Source: Guillardia theta CCMP2712
Lineage: Eukaryota > Protista > Cryptophyta
Reading direction: 5' to 3'
Assembly: GCF_000315625.1 (NCBI RefSeq)
Contig: NW_005434627.1
Coordinates: 273,295 to 337,294, forward strand
Length of the DNA: 64,000 nucleotides
In this document: positions 59,628-64,000 of the stretch, in pieces
Numbering within the stretch: the first letter of the stretch is position 1
How the letters are laid out: the number at the start of each line of letters is the position of its first letter
The notes under the pieces: model-generated
The model's database searches: none
The model's input: only the letters and a program-made list of their open reading frames with translations
Told to the model about the DNA's origin: nothing
Program-made: the position numbers and the translations under genes

Positions 59628-62025
59628 CCTCCCCCTGCTCCTTAGCTCACCTTCCCCTCTGAGAGAGCGAAGATCACGTTGCTGAGAGCTGACAGCGACT
59701 TGTTGATATGCTGCAGGCATGCTTCACTGCCTCCTCCGCCCTCTCCATCTCCCCCCCCCCCCCATCTCCTCTCTCCTCCTCGTGGTCGCTACCTGAGCCT
59801 CCTTGAGAGTTGCTCCCTCTGCTCCCGTCTTCTTCACTGTCTCGGAGCCCGCAAGATCGACCTATCAAGAAGAATGAGGGAGAGGAGGGAAGAAAGAAGG
59901 ATGTGATGTGATGTGATATGATGTGATGTGATGTGATGTGATGTGATGTGATGTGAGGAGACAAGAGAGACAAGAGAGACAAGAGAGGAAAGAGAGACAA
60001 GAGAGGAAAGAGAGGAAAAGAGAGACAAGAGAGGGGTCGGAGAGGAACAAGAGCGATGAAGAGTGAAGACAACCATGAACAGCTTGGACTTCTTGCGAGA
60101 GCCTAGAAAAGAGATCAGAGGCGAGCAGATGTGAAACAGAAAAGAATGCCAAGAACATCGGCGGGAAGAAAAGAAAATGGCAGGAAGAGGAGGATGAGGA
60201 GTAGGAGGACGAGAGGGGAGGAGGAGGACGACGACGACGAAGACGACGAGTGAGGAGGAGGAGTGAGGAGGAGGAGGAGGAGGAGGAGGAGGAGGACGAG
60301 TGAGGAGGAGGATACCATCGAGAGTGTTGGTCTGCTCGAGAGTAACAATGAAAATCGAATGAGAACGCGATGAAGCCTGCAGATTCTCGTGAGCTGCTGC
60401 TTCCCCGCCTCCTCCTGCTTCTCTCTCCTCTCCGCAACTTGGTTCTTCCGACCCTNNNNNNNNNNNNNNNNNNNNNNNNNNNNNNNNNNNNNNNNNNNNN
60501 NNNNNNNNNNNNNNNNNNNNNNNNNNNNNNNNNNNNNNNNNNNNNNNNNNNNNNNGGAGAAAGAAGGGACGGAACAGGAGGTAGTAAGGTGGAGGAAGGG
60601 GAGGATGAGGAGCGGAGGGGGATGGGGGAGAAGAATGAGGAGCGGAGGGGGGTGGGGGAGAAGAATGAGGAGCGGAGGGGAGTGGGGGAGACCTCAAGCT
60701 CGGTGGTGATGTAATGAGACGTGGCTCCCTCGACGTAAATCCCTCCAGTCTTGTCTTCACGGATCTTCAAAGGGAAACTTAAGGGGCGACCTCCTGTGCT
60801 CCTCATCTCTTGCTGCTGCTGCTGCTGCTGATCCTTCCTGCTACCTCGCTCCGCTCCATTCTCCTACTTCCTACTTTCGATTTACCTTCAAGTTATCCTT
60901 CTCTGGAGAAAGAAGATCTCGAATCTGAGAGTCACAGGTCAGGATAAAACTCTTACGGCCGTTGTATCTACCTTCTCGTTATAGATCTCCAAGAATTGAA
61001 CTTGAATCATGAACTGCGTGTTGTTTAGCACGTTGAACGAGAGGAGATAGCGAGTTTTCATAGCATCCTCCCCGTCTATGTTTCTAAATCCAAATCCAAA
61101 TCCAAATCCAAATCCAAATCCAAATCCATGTCCATCATCATCATCATCATCATCTCCTGGTGTTCTCACCTGCATGTGTTCGCCACTTCTCTCCATATAA
61201 TCGAACACAGCGCAGATCATTCTGGCATCATGTCATCACAACGTTTTCACCTCCTCTCTTCACCTCGGGAGCAAACCACGCTTCTCCATATCCTCGATTT
61301 CTCCTTCCATCGTGTAGGTCTGTCAATCCAGAATTTAGTTGCATCTCCTCTTCCCCTTCCCCGTTCCGCCGCCCTCCCCCCCCCCCCTCCCTCCCTCACC
61401 CGCCCACCACCACCTCCTCCTCCTCCTTACCTTTCCTGATCCGGTTTGCCCGTATGTAAGGATGGTACCATTGTACCCCTCAAGGTAATCATCGACAACC
61501 TGGTTCACTCCCTCAGTCTTGTTGCAACTCCCCTCTGCCAACGTACTGGTTTTGCCGCCAGGTTGTAAACATCATCTTGTGTTCCGTTCATGTCCAGGAC
61601 TTCGAGTCCAGCGTCATAACACAACAAGAAGGATCAGCAGACTCTCTTCACCAGAATCGTAGTCGAAATGCATTCTTTCATTGCCACACTGAGTTGACAA
61701 GCAGAAAGTAGTTATTAATCGAAAGAGTCATTGAGGTGTTCTTACGATGTCTACTCCCTTGTTGTCAGAGTTGACTTGTACACAAACATCACTTCGCTCT
61801 CTGTGAAGATTGAGGTCAGAAGATGTCATGAAACGACATCTCGCTTCATGTGAAGAAGAAATCGAAACATGGACGGTGGTCACAATCTAACCTGATCTCC
61901 TTGGGGCTGAGCGGACGAATGCGGCAAAGAACAGAGATTCCTCTCTCCACCTCGTCACTGTCCAGATGTCATTCCAACAGCCCCATGCTGCTCATGTCAG
62001 TCAACAAGACTTGCCTGCCCGTCAT
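55762..62025 (-). CDS. Kinesin heavy chain (kinesin-1-like), many exons
   Basis: VLCRIRPLS, EGYNGTILTYGQTGSGK/TYTM (P-loop), FLEIYNEK/IRDLL, SSRSHSIF, DLAGSE, INKSLSAL, HIPYRDSKLTRLLQ/EALGGNCRT; coiled-coil stalk; tail HRPIQGG resembles the kinesin-1 IAKPIRGG motif. Confidence 0.95.
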
Positions 62026-62769
62026 GCTCTTCCTGTCTCGTGGACCCTGCTACTCATCGAGATTACAATAGCGCACACCTACTCCCGCAAGCTTTTTACC
62101 TGTGGGTCAGTAGAACCAGCCATCCCAGGACTGTTAAGCTGCAAACTGTTGTCAGCAGTGAGCTCTCAGGGATCAGTCACAACATTCGAACAAATTCAAC
62201 CAAGATATCTGCTTCCTCGGGAACTTCTCGTCAACTTATTCCAGCGGAACCGCATATCAGCTTTACATGACGCATGACATACCCCCTGCTCTCTCAGCCT
62301 CACTGTGCCTGTGTCTGTCTCTATGTAGCGCAGCTTGATCCTGATCCTGAGAATCTCAACGAGCCAACAACCTCGATCTATGTTCCTGTTTCTAACAGGT
62401 TTCCGTGCTGCAATTTCATGTCTGTCTCACTGCCTCTCTCTTCCGGTTGTGTATCTGTCAATCTCTCCGTCGGTGTCTCCATCTTTCTCTTCTCCTCACT
62501 GTCCATCTCTTCAAGTCTCATGACCTTCGTCCTTCTCTCTCCGCCTTCTCGTGCTCCTTCTCTCCATCCTGCCTGCCATGTCATTCAAAGCGAGTGCTGT
62601 TGGGTGAAGAAAAATATAACAACTAAATTTCTTATTTACCACCCATGGATCATTTATTTAGAGTATATATGCTCTATTTAATGATTATATTCTCTATTTG
62701 AGTGTTATTTCTCTTGTTCGAATAAGAATTAACATTATTTTATTCGATTTTAACGGTCATTTGGTATAA

Positions 62770-64000
62770 CTTAACCCGGTGTGGACTCCCGGTTCATCGG
62801 AGGCTCCGATGAAGCGGCCGGGCCCAGCGGCTGACAGGGTCGCCGGGCAGAGCCTCACTGAGTCACGCTCAGGCTACAGTGACTGAACACTGTGACAGGC
62901 TTACTCCTGGCAGTCACGCGGCCGCAGCGGCCTCGCCGCCGGTTGCCGCATGCCAGTCACGGGCCGGTTCACTGACTTGAACCGTACGCTGGGTACGCCG
63001 TCGTTCACACGGTAACTGGCACGGTTGCCACTCCGGCGAAGATCGTGACACACACCGCACTGTCACCGCCAGTGACGGACAGACGCCCCGGGTTCCGAAT
63101 CAAGTTCCGAAGTTCGCCGGGCCCCGGGCACGACGCGGCCGCCGGCCGTATCACGGAGCCTGAGTGTGTCAAGCCCGGCTTCAAGGCTTGCTGACGGTCT
63201 GAGTCCGACTGGCAGTAAGCGGCCGCAGGGCGGCCGCCGGTGCCAGTGTGTGACCGTCACTGGCCCGGGTGATTCAGTGACGGTCGGACGCGGCGGAAAG
63301 ACTGAGCCCGACCTCGGAACTTGGTGACTTGAATTGAACTTTGCCCGGCGGAGAACAGTGCCAGTGAAAATTTGCCAAGTTTGCCGCATTGATGGATCGT
63401 ACCGAGCTTGATCAGCGGCGGCCCGCCAGCCGCCGCCGGGGCCGGGCCGTGCCCCGGCCGCTAAGTCAGTGAGTCAGAAACCGTTGAAAAACTCTCGGCT
63501 GAGGGCCTGTACCGTACGGTAAACCAAGACGACTAACTAGTAACTGGCGTGTCAAGTTTGAAGGCGGCCCATGTAGCCTAGCCTACTAGCACTGCTGCCA
63601 TGATGATGTGGGACGAAGCAGGGGGCCTTCCAGGCTAGCCGTATTGCTAAGGTCCTCTCAGTGTCTGGATGGCAGGCTTCAAGGGCCCTGGGTTTCACAT
63701 CCTAGCATACAGTCTTCAACCCGGGCCTCTCATGTGCTCCTCAATCATTCTGGTTTTGTGTCCGATCACATCAAACTCGCACGGTCTTGACGGCGCCGAG
63801 CAAAAACTGTCTTGTAACAAACTTGTACGGTTCAATCATTCGGATAGCCTCCGCCGCAACACTGGCTCACGGTGACTGCATGTCCTACGGTACGGTACGG
63901 TAGTCACCGTACTACGGTACAGCCTGAGTCACTTGAAGTTCAAACCGTTGAACCGTTTTGCCGCAGGCCCGCCGCGTGCCGTAGTGCGAGACCCGGACTC
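62770..64000. other. GC-rich non-coding block rich in CCGG, CAGT/ACTG and TGAC/GTCA words, upstream of the kinesin gene
   Basis: No credible ORF; same word usage at 32095-32175, 40240-40680, 45300-45490 and 52660-52790. Confidence 0.45.

Noticed and set aside
1-64000. Functional gene cluster (for example HCCS, UbiC-like and SAM carrier for respiration/ubiquinone)
   Set aside because: The genes are interspersed with unrelated ones and eukaryotic neighbours are usually functionally unlinked; there is no evidence of co-regulation

Overview
Eukaryotic nuclear DNA that is gene-dense and rich in short introns (many about 45-60 nt, GT-AG and some GC-AG). Longer introns are filled with microsatellites, and there are six N-gaps. 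Intron style, signal-peptide+AF plastid targeting and gene content suggest a cryptophyte alga such as Guillardia theta (inference). I reconstructed about 19 genes by hand from exons. They include an aspartate aminotransferase (3' part), a double HMG-box protein, a CPBP/Abi intramembrane protease fused to EF-hands, a large protein ending in a MAP2K-like pseudokinase, plastid RF2 (cut by a gap), holocytochrome c synthase, an ankyrin protein, an RWP-RK factor and a signal-peptide TPR-GT41 (OGT/SPY-like) protein. Further along are a single-repeat voltage-gated-type channel with PH-like and EF-hand domains, an intronless GPI-type LRR protein with a near-exact 374-bp internal duplication, a beta-helix protein, a bacterial-type chorismate-lyase-fold gene, a SAM-carrier-like SLC25 protein and kinesin-1. 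Intergenic DNA shows two recurring sequence classes (GGGTA-rich and GC/CCGG/TGAC-rich) and a dispersed ~35-bp motif upstream of genes. No tRNA, rRNA, CRISPR array or intact transposon was recognised. Exon boundaries are read by eye and are approximate.
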